A stretch of 60,991 bases of DNA, the filler included, from Sanchytrium tribonematis (taxonomy: Eukaryota), in the NCBI GenBank assembly GCA_018985235.1. It is 11 parts of 11 records of this genome, joined end to end, with 100 filler letters (N's around TTAATTAATTAA, not from the genome) between each part and the next. Parts side by side here need not be neighbours in the genome. Positions count along the whole stretch, not along the records: positions 1 to 5,512 come from JADGIG010000600.1; positions 5,613 to 11,123 come from JADGIG010000601.1; 9 more parts are not named here. One strand, 5' to 3'. Position numbers and translations under genes: made by a program. This document shows, piece after piece, positions 1 to 10,867 of this stretch (position 1 is the stretch's first letter; every line of letters starts with the position of its first letter). The notes under the pieces were generated by a model. It was not told where the DNA came from. It was given only the letters and a program-made list of their open reading frames with translations, and did not search any database.

Positions 1-1901
1 TCGTGTAAATGGGAGACCAAATGAATTGATATGGTTGTACTTTCCATTGATATGCATGAATCACTGGTAAATCTGAAGAGATTTGGGCATTTGTGGCAAT
101 GATTTGAGATGTTAAAACAGTCATTTGAGTATTTTGACTATTAATACGAGTAGGACCTAAATAAATTGGAAATACGAGTAACTAGAGTAACATCTACTTG
201 TAATACTACAGTTTGAGTGTCTAATTGCGTCTCTGTTTGAGTTGTATTCTTCAAAGTGGTCCATTTTGAATCAGTCTTTTGCAATTTCGTGGTTGTTGGA
301 TTAAATGTTTTACTTGGAATGTAATAAGTGTGATTAAAATCCAATGGGACAATCCCACATGTCGTATTGCTACTTGAATACACATCATCCAAATTGCAAT
401 AATTGTAAAATGATTTACCAAACACTCCAGGTGACATTGGATTGTTGCTCAAATCACATGAAATTAAATATGTATCATCTTCAATAGACACATCAGAAAT
501 CAAATTATTTTGAATAAACAACTGGCTTGGTCTTTTAAACGATAAATTGCCACTCAAATAATTATTATTGAAAATAAAACTAAGCCCATTAAATTGGAAA
601 TTGATACATCCACTCAATTGATTGTACGATAAATCCAGAGAGTTTGTAGCTTGGAGTGATATTGGGATACTTCCAGTGAATAAATTATGAGTAATATTTA
701 AATATTCAAACGGGGAGATATTTGGAATATTGCCTGTTATAGAATTACCTGACAGATCCAACCAACTAATGGAAAGTGGAATGTTGATGGTTACATTTCC
801 GTTGATTAAATTACGAGCTAATCCAAAGGAAACAATATTTCGTGGCCATGAAATTGGCAAATTTGTAAATTGATTAAAACTCAAATACATATTATAGATC
901 ATAGCATAGCCCAAATCAATATCACCAGATAAATGATTATGAGATAAATCAACACTATCATAGTAAGTGCTATTAAATTTTGGTAAATTTCCAGTAAATA
1001 AATTCCACGATAAATCAAGAGAATAAATAAAATCGAATTCCACATTGGCAATACTGCCATCAAGTAAATTATGACTCAAATTAATACTTCCCAATGACTT
1101 TGGCCATCGATTCGGAACATTTCCACTTAGTTGGTTAAAATCCAGTTTTAGATAAATAAGACTTTCAGGCAAATTTACGATACTTCCATTCAGCTGATTA
1201 AAATTCATTGATAATTCAAATAAACCTAATGGTAAACTAGCTATAGGGCCATATATCATATTATTTGATGCTTCAATAATTGTCAAACTACTTGGAAATG
1301 TCTTTGGCAATTTATCAAAAATTAAATTATTATTAATGGTCAAAGTTCTTAGAGTCACGGTTAGAATAGGGAATGTAGTAAAGCGATTATTGTTTAACTG
1401 TAAAGAAGTAATCCCAGATGGAAAAGATTTGGGCATAACACTCAATAGATTGTCAAATAAACTTAATTCTCGTAATTGGTTTGGAAGTGTATCTGGGATG
1501 GAGCCATATAGTTTATTACTATAAAGATATAAGAATCGAATGGTATTTGGTAGATCATTCGGGATAGTCGTGCTTAATTTTGTATTGTAAATATACATTT
1601 CTCTTAAATTGGATGGGATAAATTGAGATTTCAAAACACCATTAATTTTCACATATCCAAGTTGAAATTTAGTCAGATATAAGTTTGAGCCAATTGTAGT
1701 ACACGTAAAGTAAATTTCACCAAAAGCTTTACCTAGATCAATCCCATAACCACAGCAATTAGCTGGAATACTTTGATATAAGTCTGGATTGGTCATGTGA
1801 AGATTTAAGCCCTGTAAAAAGTTCATGATGACTGGGCAATCTGGGGATATGTCATATAGACACGTCATCATCAGTAGATTGATTAAAATATGCTTTATCA
1901 T
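1..1901 (-). CDS. Secreted/surface leucine-rich repeat protein, 3' end cut by contig edge; one 19-nt intron at 157-175
   Basis: Hydrophobic N-terminus, Cys cap (SPDC...NCCG), many LxLxxNxLxGxIP repeats, C-cap CDLSNNP and a Thr-rich stalk. Removing 157-175 extends the frame (RPTRINSQNTQMTVL...) to the contig edge. Confidence 0.9.
157..175 (-). other. 19-nt spliceosomal intron (predicted)
   Basis: GTATTTCCAATTTATTTAG; removal bypasses the stop at 141-143 and opens a Ser/Thr-rich continuation. Confidence 0.7.
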
Positions 1902-2100
1902 TTCGAAACTTTTGATGGCCTAGTCATGTTTTTATATCAAGAGGCATATGCTGAGCATCGACTACTAACATCATTACTCTTCTCGTGCATATGTTGGATA
2001 ATTTGATTTACCTCTAAAATATCATGAAATTCGCAATATGGAGCAAGAGATCTCATTGGAAACATTCAAATGAAACGGAGACACTTTCTAAACTCTAAAA

Positions 2101-2421
2101 ATGTCAACCATCGCTTCATCAGATTATGCAGACACGATATCATTGACTTATTCTGATTATGACTTTGGGAATGTCTCAGAAATGAATGACGAATTGAGTT
2201 TATTTTATTCTAGTGTTGATTCTGACTTTACAGAAGTAGAATCAGTGAATACGGATACTGAAATTGATTCTAATGCTGATGAATGGCGAACCAATGCATC
2301 CCATATATCAGAATTGACAGAATACATCAACAGACTCAACCAAATTCATGTTTCTCAAAATAGTCATTCCCAGTGGATCAGCCAATGGAATAGTGCTAGT
2401 TCATTTTATAATTCCGTTTAA
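2101..2421 (+). CDS. Small acidic Ser/Asp-rich hypothetical protein
   Basis: 106-aa ATG ORF followed closely by AATAAA; no recognisable motif. Confidence 0.5.
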   Translation: MSTIASSDYADTISLTYSDYDFGNVSEMNDELSLFYSSVDSDFTEVESVNTDTEIDSNADEWRTNASHISELTEYINRLNQIHVSQNSHSQWISQWNSASSFYNSV

Positions 2422-2486
2422 TACTTAATAAATCTATTCACTTTTTAGATATCTGCACTGATCACCCCGTCGATACTCCCAGTTTG

Positions 2487-3809
2487 ATGACGGAAGAATC
2501 GTTATATTCAATCGCACGCACGCAGCTGTCTAAAAACCAGAAACGGATAGGCGACTATCTTATATTAAAAACAATAGGCAGTGGATCCATGGGTAAAGTC
2601 AAATTGGGTGTCCATTATAAATTGAATTATCAAGTTGCCATTAAATTAATGCCTCGTAAACAGGATTCTAGATGCATTAGAGAAATAGCCGTCATGAAAT
2701 ACTGTAATCATCCCAATATTATTAGATGTTTTGAGGCATTTCAATCCCCAAATTATTGGTATATCATTTCTGAATATGTCAATGGATATCAAGTGTTAGA
2801 CTGGGTAATTGCTCATATTAAAATAAAAGAAGATCAAGCTAGACCCATAATTAGAATGCTAGTCAGTGCTGTATCCTATTTACATCGACATTGCATCGCA
2901 CACAGAGATTTAAAAATTGAAAATTTATTAATTGATAAAAATGGCAATTTAAAATTAATTGATTTTGGATTATCTAATTTCAGTCATCATGAACTATTGA
3001 ATACATTCTGTGGATCCCTCTATTTCGCATCCCCTGAATTATTAAAAGCACAGCCATATAATCCATTTATTGCAGATTGCTGGTCATTGGGCATCATTAT
3101 TTATGTGATTTGTAGTGGAAAAGTGCCATTTGATGATCAAAATTTGAGTCAATTACATAATAAAATCAAAAATGGTGAAATACATTATCCAGATTATTTC
3201 TCATCTGATTTACTGCATTTATTAACTGAATTAATACAAGTAGATCCACATTTACGCATAGATATTGAACAAGTGAGGATGTCTAGATGGTTAAATATGG
3301 AATATTCTGATTTTGTGCATTGTCACGTCCCACTTAGAAATAAAACATGTGACAATCCAAAACATGCAGAGATATTGGAATTAATTGGGTTTAAAGATGT
3401 GCATCAAGTACCTGCTATTCAAATGCATCATTTAATTGATGAATATACACCCTATCAGCCCATTCAATCTATTTCTACAAAACAGAATGTATTTCAATTT
3501 ATGAGGTCTACCATCACAACACGACTATCTACAGACTTAATTATTGATAAATTGAGTATAATGAGTCAGAAACATGAATATATACTCCAGAAAGGACAGG
3601 ATAGCATCAAAATATCATCAGAAATCAGTCAACCTGTTTCAAACACATCCGAGAGTGTTTATAGTGATTTCGGACAAGAAATGTGCATTGAGATCATATT
3701 TGTAAAGATGTGGAAATGGATGGGGCTGAAAATATCGAGAATTGCAGGAGATTTATACGCGTATCAAAATATGGTCAATTTAATTAAAAAAAGTTTGAAA
3801 GAACCATAG
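2487..3809 (+). CDS. Ser/Thr protein kinase, KIN1/MARK (CAMKL)-like
   Basis: GSGSMGKVK, VAIK, HRDLKIEN, DFG and TFCGSLYFASPE motifs; possible KA1-like C-terminus. First ATG is at 2487 (the track starts at a TTG). Confidence 0.9.
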   Translation: MTEESLYSIARTQLSKNQKRIGDYLILKTIGSGSMGKVKLGVHYKLNYQVAIKLMPRKQDSRCIREIAVMKYCNHPNIIRCFEAFQSPNYWYIISEYVNGYQVLDWVIAHIKIKEDQARPIIRMLVSAVSYLHRHCIAHRDLKIENLLIDKNGNLKLIDFGLSNFSHHELLNTFCGSLYFASPELLKAQPYNPFIADCWSLGIIIYVICSGKVPFDDQNLSQLHNKIKNGEIHYPDYFSSDLLHLLTELIQVDPHLRIDIEQVRMSRWLNMEYSDFVHCHVPLRNKTCDNPKHAEILELIGFKDVHQVPAIQMHHLIDEYTPYQPIQSISTKQNVFQFMRSTITTRLSTDLIIDKLSIMSQKHEYILQKGQDSIKISSEISQPVSNTSESVYSDFGQEMCIEIIFVKMWKWMGLKISRIAGDLYAYQNMVNLIKKSLKEP

Positions 3810-3817
3810 TAAATAGT

Positions 3818-4117
3818 TTATTTAAAATGACTAGAGGGTGTTTTTGGGGAATGTTCTAGTTGGAATGGTTTGGCATCATTTGCAGCTGGTGTTTTGGGAC
3901 TAAATCCAAAAAATGCAGGAGTTAATGGTGTAAAATCCATCTTATATAGACTGAATTTACGACCTGTGTTGATTTCTACTGGTTTTTTGGATCTTTTAAA
4001 TGATTTCATTGTATTTCTCATTCTTGTATTTTTAAAATAAATGGCCCAAATCATGATGGATAATAATAATATCCCTAAACTCAAACAAATAATCGCTGCA
4101 ATAGTATATGGTTCCAT
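3818..4117 (-). CDS. Small single-pass membrane protein
   Basis: N-terminal hydrophobic helix, basic juxtamembrane segment, tail with TP/SP sites. Confidence 0.6.
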   Translation of the reverse strand: MEPYTIAAIICLSLGILLLSIMIWAIYFKNTRMRNTMKSFKRSKKPVEINTGRKFSLYKMDFTPLTPAFFGFSPKTPAANDAKPFQLEHSPKTPSSHFK

Positions 4118-4414
4118 TCAACGTGAAAATGGATCTGTTTTTCTCTTATACTTGCCAAAAATGAAATGGCGTCGTTTCATTGGATGCACAGGATTTTGTA
4201 ATATAACCAATTTAAAGCTGCATTTATTGATTCCATTAATCACCGACCTTGTGGTATGCTTTTAACAGAATCTGTGTATCCATCCAATTGATTACTTTGT
4301 TGATACATTTAAAGATGTTAAATCTTAAATCATTTCGACTTTGATTTTCAAATTCCAAATCCAATATAAATTTACAATGCTAGAAACCGCAGTTCTGCCA
4401 GAGTGTATCATATT

Positions 4415-5512
4415 TTATTGACTCTCCAAATAATCTGTTTGATGTGACAAATTCGTGCTTTCTCTATTCCTCTTAAAATACACCATCATTTTATCACTAA
4501 ATGGTTTCGATATCCATCCCAATATCAATGCAGATATCACCAATTTGATAATTGCAGTAATGTTTAAATAAAATAAATTGGATTTTGCTACTAAATTCGA
4601 ATCTAAAGTAGATAGGATAGTCGTAAAGGGAATTTCTGATACCATTGATGTTGCATAAGTTTTAAATGTACTAGATGCATCAGATGCTACTGAAATAGTG
4701 CTAGTTGACTTGATATTGTAGATATTCCGAGTTTGTATTTTTGCAGGAGATGTCGATAAAACAATGGTTTCTCCTTTTGAGATAGAATATTTGGATTCAA
4801 CAGTCGTTGTTTGACTGGGTGATTGAATGGTTAATTGCGTAGATGATGTGTATAATTGATTCATTGTCGATGTACTCGTTGATTCCCTATTCAAGGTAGT
4901 CTGAGCAGTAGTTGCAAATGTAAAACGAGTAGTCATTGGCATCGTTGTAAATATCCGACTAGCTGCCAATGTGCAATTATAATTCAAATCTATTATAGTA
5001 GGCACCCTTTGTTGATTCATGGTACATTTACCAGATGGATTATTGGTTAGTAAATTATTAGTCAAATTACATGATTTTAAATATTGATCACCAATTATGG
5101 CAACATTTGTGAAAGAATTGCCAATTAAAGATATTTTGGTGGGATTAGTAAATGAAATATTGCCAATAAACTGATTATTATCAATGATGAGTGAAGATAA
5201 AGTGAGTGGAATTGATAAACAGCCATAAAAATTATTATTACTAGCTTCTAATTCTTGCAACCAATTGGGGATTTCAATGGGACCATGAAATTGATTATTG
5301 CTAATATAAAGACGCATGATATTACCCGGTGGAATTATTGGCAATTTGCCAGAAAATTGATTATTTCTCACATCCAAGTGGGAAATTGAATTTGGTAAAT
5401 TGGGTAGTGCACCATAAAATTGATTATTTTGCAAGTTTAATTGTCTTATTACAGGTGGTAAATTGGAAATCATGCTGTTGAATTGATTGTTATTCAATGT
5501 GAGCGTATTTAG
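4415..5512 (-). CDS. LRR surface protein, 5' end cut by contig edge
   Basis: LxxxNNQFxG repeats, CNLTNN C-cap, Thr/Ser stalk, C-terminal TM helix; frame open to the contig edge. Confidence 0.9.
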   Translation of the reverse strand, partial: LNTLTLNNNQFNSMISNLPPVIRQLNLQNNQFYGALPNLPNSISHLDVRNNQFSGKLPIIPPGNIMRLYISNNQFHGPIEIPNWLQELEASNNNFYGCLSIPLTLSSLIIDNNQFIGNISFTNPTKISLIGNSFTNVAIIGDQYLKSCNLTNNLLTNNPSGKCTMNQQRVPTIIDLNYNCTLAASRIFTTMPMTTRFTFATTAQTTLNRESTSTSTMNQLYTSSTQLTIQSPSQTTTVESKYSISKGETIVLSTSPAKIQTRNIYNIKSTSTISVASDASSTFKTYATSMVSEIPFTTILSTLDSNLVAKSNLFYLNITAIIKLVISALILGWISKPFSDKMMVYFKRNRESTNLSHQTDYLESQ

Positions 5513-5612
5513 NNNNNNNNNNNNNNNNNNNNNNNNNNNNNNNNNNNNNNNNNNNNTTAATTAATTAANNNNNNNNNNNNNNNNNNNNNNNNNNNNNNNN
5601 NNNNNNNNNNNN
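5513..5612. other. Artificial contig spacer. Identical spacers at 11124-11223, 16712-16811, 22262-22361, 27810-27909, 33356-33455, 38898-38997, 44431-44530, 49962-50061, 55485-55584
   Basis: 44 N + TTAATTAATTAA (stops in all six frames) + 44 N; contig lengths decrease monotonically. Confidence 0.99.
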
Positions 5613-5790
5613 TGTTTTACAAAATATTCTTCAGCTCGATTTCCTAATGAATTTAATACGACAGGGACTGCTGTTTTCATATCCACGATAGAAGAAGGAC
5701 AATTTTCATTCCCATGCCATTTATATTTACCATAAATCAAATTGGATCTTTTACATTTGGAAATGCAGTCACGAATGACAACCAAATCAT
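5613..5790 (-). pseudogene. Frameshifted 5' part of a paralogue of the 9166-10767 gene
   Basis: ATG at 5790 reads MIWLSFVTAFPNVKDPI* versus MIWLPFIIAL at 10767, with shared upstream DNA; a second frame runs to the contig edge. Confidence 0.55.
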
Positions 5791-5809
5791 GTTTGACCCT
5801 ATTGTACAA
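5773..5809 (+). repeat. 37-nt direct repeat, copy 1 (copy 2 at 10750-10786)
   Basis: gaatg[a/g]caaccaaatcatgtttga[c/t]cctattgtacaa, 35/37 identical; spans the 5' leader, ATG and first codons of both genes. Confidence 0.95.
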
Positions 5810-5827
5810 CATCTCCGTTTAAAATAT

Positions 5828-6181
5828 TTATTCAATTCTTTGTCTTTTACTTGCAGGTTCTCCTTTGATTTCATTCAAAATACCATCCAAATTATATTGA
5901 TTAATGATGAGATTAATCCACTGTTCTCCAGTCATGGATCCATTTAATGGATTATTGATGCTATTTGGAGTAGTTGTGTAGATTTCATCTAGTCGCTGTT
6001 TCATATTTGTATCATGTGAATGACTCTTTAAGAATTCCATCATATATTCCCATACAGTTCTTGATGAATTATCATACGCATTTAAAGAATAATATTTGTA
6101 TAAATTGGCTAATGAGTTGATTTGTGATAATTCAGGGTCACCGGGAGGTTTTGAAAAGGTTGCAATTAATCTTGAATTCAT
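5828..6181 (-). CDS. Hypothetical protein or gene fragment with WEYM helical module and basic C-terminus
   Basis: 117-aa ORF; LYKYYSLNAYDNSSRTVWEYMMEFLKSH; ends PASKRQRIE (NLS-like). Upstream sequence looks like decayed coding DNA. Confidence 0.55.
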   Translation of the reverse strand: MNSRLIATFSKPPGDPELSQINSLANLYKYYSLNAYDNSSRTVWEYMMEFLKSHSHDTNMKQRLDEIYTTTPNSINNPLNGSMTGEQWINLIINQYNLDGILNEIKGEPASKRQRIE

Positions 6182-6278
6182 GGTTCTTTTTGTAGTTCTA
6201 TGATATATAATTGCTGTAACTTAGTATTTGAAGAGAGTTCTGATAAAGATGGCATGGAAACAGCAGCTCCATTTTGAG

Positions 6279-6302
6279 GAAGAAGAAGAAGAAGAATTTA
6301 TT
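6279..6302 (-). repeat. AATAAA immediately followed by (TTC)6; candidate retroelement 3' tail
   Basis: Plus strand (GAA)6 at 6279-6296 and TTTATT at 6297-6302, about 50 nt past the RT stop codon. Confidence 0.6.
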
Positions 6303-6350
6303 AAAGGGGTTTTTAAATGTCAATAACATTTAGGAAACACCTGATTAGGA

Positions 6351-8969
6351 TTAATGAAGTCTCATAATTCTCATAAATTCTCTTACCCTTGTATTTAATA
6401 TTAATTTATGTCTGGTATTTAATCTGTCCAAATTCAGACTATTTTGGAATAAAAATAAATTATTCTGCAACTTTTTTTTCATTGATGATACTGAATCAAA
6501 TGGTATAACAAAAGCATTGTGTGCATTTTTGCTTAACCAGTCTGCTCTATCATTTAAATAATTGCCATTATGCCCTTTACACCATATAATTTGTAGTGTA
6601 TTTTGAGAAATAAATTGATTGATATGTGGATATGCTTTATGTAAAGCATGTTTAGATGGATCATTACCTTTTAATAAATAATTAGCAACCTTTACGGATG
6701 CTTGATTATCACAATAAATCCGAAATTTTGATAAATGCAAATGATTGGCCAATTCCAAACATTTATCAATTCCAATACATTCTAATTCAGTGGATGAAGG
6801 AATGTTGTAATTGGATGTATTTTGCAATTTAAATTGATATTCATTAATTATATTAATTGAGTTTGGTGCAGATAAAGTGATTCCAATCCCCATATAATTG
6901 CCATTTAAACTGGCATCCGTCATAAATGTGTATCCATTGTAGTTACAATCAATTGTATTGGAATATTCGTGATCATTTTCATTATTTGAAGCTGGTGGCT
7001 GCATTTGTCGATTTGTGAGTGATGGCAAATAGTCAAAAAATCCCCTATTGTTTTGAAAACATTGCAACTTTTTTTGCACATATGGATGAAATTGTCGACA
7101 AATACGGCAAGTATTACGATCATTGGGTCTGAAATCCCATTTCAATAATTTTGATATTCCCGAATGTGGGTTTTCAATAATATACGGATGAAATTTGAAT
7201 AAACCACTTTCACGTGAAAATGATACGTTAGAATAATCTTTTCCAAATCTCCAACTGTAATGCACTTCTTGTTTCTTTCTCAAATACGTATTTCGTTTGA
7301 TTGTATTTGGATAAACGCAAATAGATTTTAATAAATTTGTGGGAATTGATTTTATAGAATGAAGAAGTGATTTCATATATTTTCGCACTTTTACTTGAAG
7401 ATTCTTGTGCTGTGTATCTTTAAACATGACATTCTGAAAACCGAAATCAATGCACGGCGTCAGGTGAGATGTCAATAATGTACTGCATATTTCTAGGGGT
7501 AAACCCAAACGAAAGACACCCAATTTGCGCAATTCGTGCATTTTACAATTCATTCTCTCTAATTTCTTATTAAACATCATTTTTCTATCTATTCCCGACA
7601 AATTTACCCAATATCCCAAATATCGTTGCGTATTTGAAGTGACTAAAATCCCTCTAATTGATGGCTCTAAACGATTATTTGAAGTAATGATGACACTTTT
7701 CTGAATACTAATACTTAATCCAATCACATTTGCACACTCAATGATTTGGTCTATGGCTTCTTCCAATGCTTCTTTGGAATAACAGAGTAGCGCAATATCA
7801 TCAGCATAGAAAATAGATCTGACTGATTCATTCTGCACCAAGTATAAGTCATTTAAACAGTAGGCAAAGATGGATGGTGACAAACTGGATCCCTGCGGGA
7901 TGCCAGATGTCGTATTTATTTTTTCACTCATTTTTTGTAATAACATCATAGATTGATTTGTGATTCGGACTATGTGCAAGGCTAATCTGACGAGGTATTT
8001 GTTATACTGCTGATACAAATTCAATAAATACGACCTATTGATATTGTCGTAGGCCTTCTTTAGGTCAATCAGACAAATGTATTTTACTCTTTCATGATTC
8101 CGATTTCTACTACTGATGATTCTTGAAAAGTGGGATAATGCATCATGTATGCTGGATTTACTAGCAAATCCAAATTGATTTGCTGGAAATCGGATATGTA
8201 TGGTATGGTAAATGTAGTACTCAAATAATTTTCGAATAGTGTATAAAAGGCTGATACCACGGTGTTGATCCATTCCGGCTGCATTTGTGACTTTAGGAAT
8301 TGGAATGAGTGTAGAATCACCAAATTGGGTTGGTACAAAACCAGTAGAGATCATTAATTGTAAAATATTTTTTAAAATATTTTTTAACATTTCTCCTCCA
8401 AACTTGATACTTTCATTTGGAATATCACGAAATCCATATGATTTATGATTTGGCAGCCATTTGATGCAATTGTTGAATACGACGTCATCGATTGTGTGAG
8501 TGTCCCCAAAAGGCACAATCTTTTCAATGGATTTTTTCAAAGCAATGATTTGTTGAGAATGCGATGCATCTGGAAAACGGTAGAGAAAATCAAGTCCAAA
8601 ATCTCTAATAATTTTTAAAAAATGCTTCATTTCGTGTTTTTTAATATGGCCAATTAATGCTTTAAACATATATTCCCAAATGGTAGTGGGATCATTTTCT
8701 AAATTAGCATTCTTAACAATTAAACTAAACAAATCAAATATGGGTGTATTTACAATGATGCCTGCATCTAAATGTAAAGCAGGAATGGTTTTCTCATAAG
8801 CTTCACTTCTGGGTGGTCGTTTTTGAATTGGTGGTTTTACATGTTTATCAGATCTTTCCCAAATATTTTTAATCCAGTTTTTAAATTCGGATTGACTCAA
8901 ACTCGATATCTGCAGAATAGAAGGAATTTCCATTTTGCTTTTTTGGTTTTCATCAATTATTTTCTTCAT
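6351..8969 (-). mobile_element. Non-LTR-type reverse transcriptase + RNase H ORF, no endonuclease seen
   Basis: RT motifs LIPIPK, HRGISLL, NQFGF, IDLKKAYD, GIPQGSSLSP, FYADD, RYLG; CRIC...H...C knuckle-like motif; RNase HI motifs TDAS, ELE, YCDN, WCKGHNGNYLNDRAD. 872 codons, uninterrupted. Confidence 0.92.
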
Positions 8970-9165
8970 TTAACTGATCTTCCGGTGATCTCATTAAAGA
9001 AAGGTCGTGCTCATTCACTTGCTGCATTGAATCTTTTATTCGCTTTAATAAAACAGACACTTTATCTTTCTTATCATTTTGTGACACCACCGTGATCCAT
9101 TCTGCAATTGATTGTTTGATACATTTTAGTTCTTCAAATCTGGTAATTTAATGTAAAATTTTTTA

Positions 9166-10767
9166 TTATAGATTAAGTATCTCCTTAGGTTTTCTTAGTC
9201 TTTTACTTGCATTTTCTGTTTCTCCTAAATTTCCTTTTTTTCGTCGTCTTTTCCCTGCATTTGCTGATACTCTTTCTCCTTTTCTTTTATTTTTCAAGTT
9301 TAATGGTTCTTTTATTTCCACCAATTCAGTATATTCATCAGTAATTGTAGACCAATATTGATAATATACAGCATTATCATAATTAATCAATAATGCCTCA
9401 TAATTTTCATTAATTAAATCCAACCAAGATTCATAAAAATATTCAGATTGGTATTTCATTACCAATAAAGACGGTAATTCATCAGTTGTACCTAGAAATT
9501 GTTCATGTAATATCAATCTAATAAGTAGCATGAATTGAATATCAAATGAATCAATTCTCTTCAATTTAATTAAATCAATGGCCATTTGTTCAATTTCTTG
9601 CAACATATTTTTCATTTTATTCTTGTGCACCACATCTTGTGGAATATGTCTCTTAAATTCATTAAATAATTGAATCCATGACTCAATTGGAAGATGGTCT
9701 GGTCGGCTAAGTGCATAATCATGAAATAACAAGTATATTTTAGTAGTTTGAATGTGAGTATCCAAGTCATATTTAATCATATCTATAGGTTTAGTCGCTC
9801 TTAATTCATCCCATAATGAAGAATTCAATCTTTTTGTCTTTTTCAATTCCGTATTCCCCTCACTTTTAAGAGCTTTTAATTTTCTGATTTTTAAAGCTGT
9901 AACACTAACTGGCAACATTTCCGTAATTTCCATATATTCTATTAGTTCATTAAAGAACCCATTCCATAAATAAGTGGGTGATTTATCGGAATTCTTGTGA
10001 AAATATTGGTTGTGCATCATCATTAATGACTCGTTTAAGATATTGACACCAAAATTTGAATCTATTTTCAATTTTTCAAGTGTTGTGGTTTTTAATTCAT
10101 TTAATAAATCATCAATTTCTCCTTTGCTTTTAAATTTAGAAATTCCTCTTTTTTGAAGATATTCCAAATTATTGATTATCTTGAAGGATTCACTCACTTG
10201 TGCATTTTTAACAAAAGTCATTAATTCATTTATAAATCCATTCCAAATAATAGAGGGTGGCGTATTTTGATTCAACATGAAATATTCATTGTGGAAAATA
10301 ATCAATTTTGTATGGAATAGATCCTTATCCTCTCTGTTTTGCAAATTCAAAACAGAATCAGGATGTGTTTGAAATGGCTCATTTGCTTTCTTTGCTCGTT
10401 GCTCAATGGTTTTTCTCCAATTTTGAGATACTTCTTTACTCATAAATGCAAATGAGGGCATATTTTCCATAGTACCATCAGCTTTATTCTGCTTTTGATT
10501 AATTAAACCAGTGATTATATCAAATTGTGACTTGAAAGATGGAATTCTTTGTATAAAAGTGGAACATTTAATGATTTTATCTACCAAATACTGTCCAGAA
10601 TCATTTTTCTGTGATTCATTGAGTAAATTATAGAATATTTCCCATGGCGATGAAAATGGTGATTGCTGGACACGTAGATGGAATTGTTGTAGAATTGGTA
10701 AGTCCTTTTGACTATCAGACGAGTCGTCTTTTATTAAAAGTGCAATGATGAATGGCAACCAAATCAT
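9166..10767 (-). CDS. Putative secreted repeat protein with basic NLS-like C-terminus
   Basis: First ATG at 10767 gives MIWLPFIIALLI; about 4 repeats of H...P-x0-4-W..F.N; ends KNKRKGE...GKRRRKK...KRLRKPK. Confidence 0.75.
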   Translation of the reverse strand: MIWLPFIIALLIKDDSSDSQKDLPILQQFHLRVQQSPFSSPWEIFYNLLNESQKNDSGQYLVDKIIKCSTFIQRIPSFKSQFDIITGLINQKQNKADGTMENMPSFAFMSKEVSQNWRKTIEQRAKKANEPFQTHPDSVLNLQNREDKDLFHTKLIIFHNEYFMLNQNTPPSIIWNGFINELMTFVKNAQVSESFKIINNLEYLQKRGISKFKSKGEIDDLLNELKTTTLEKLKIDSNFGVNILNESLMMMHNQYFHKNSDKSPTYLWNGFFNELIEYMEITEMLPVSVTALKIRKLKALKSEGNTELKKTKRLNSSLWDELRATKPIDMIKYDLDTHIQTTKIYLLFHDYALSRPDHLPIESWIQLFNEFKRHIPQDVVHKNKMKNMLQEIEQMAIDLIKLKRIDSFDIQFMLLIRLILHEQFLGTTDELPSLLVMKYQSEYFYESWLDLINENYEALLINYDNAVYYQYWSTITDEYTELVEIKEPLNLKNKRKGERVSANAGKRRRKKGNLGETENASKRLRKPKEILNL

Positions 10768-10867
10768 GTTTGATCCTATTGTACAAATAACTCCCAATTG
10801 TGGGGATGTTTGTGCGACTATTTGAGACAATTGGAAATGACAGATATAATCAATCAGTTTTGTTTAT

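Noticed and set aside
5513..5612. Regularly spaced TTAATTAATTAA motifs about every 5.5 kb, and ORFs ending in X...LIN
   Set aside because: Artificial spacers between size-sorted contigs; there is no biological periodicity and no synteny across them.
5773..10786. 37-nt direct repeats around the RT read as LTRs or as a DGR template/variable pair
   Set aside because: They are too short for LTRs, lack TG...CA ends and coincide with gene starts; there is no gag, protease or integrase. Two mismatches cannot show adenine-specific mutagenesis, and the RT is non-LTR type.
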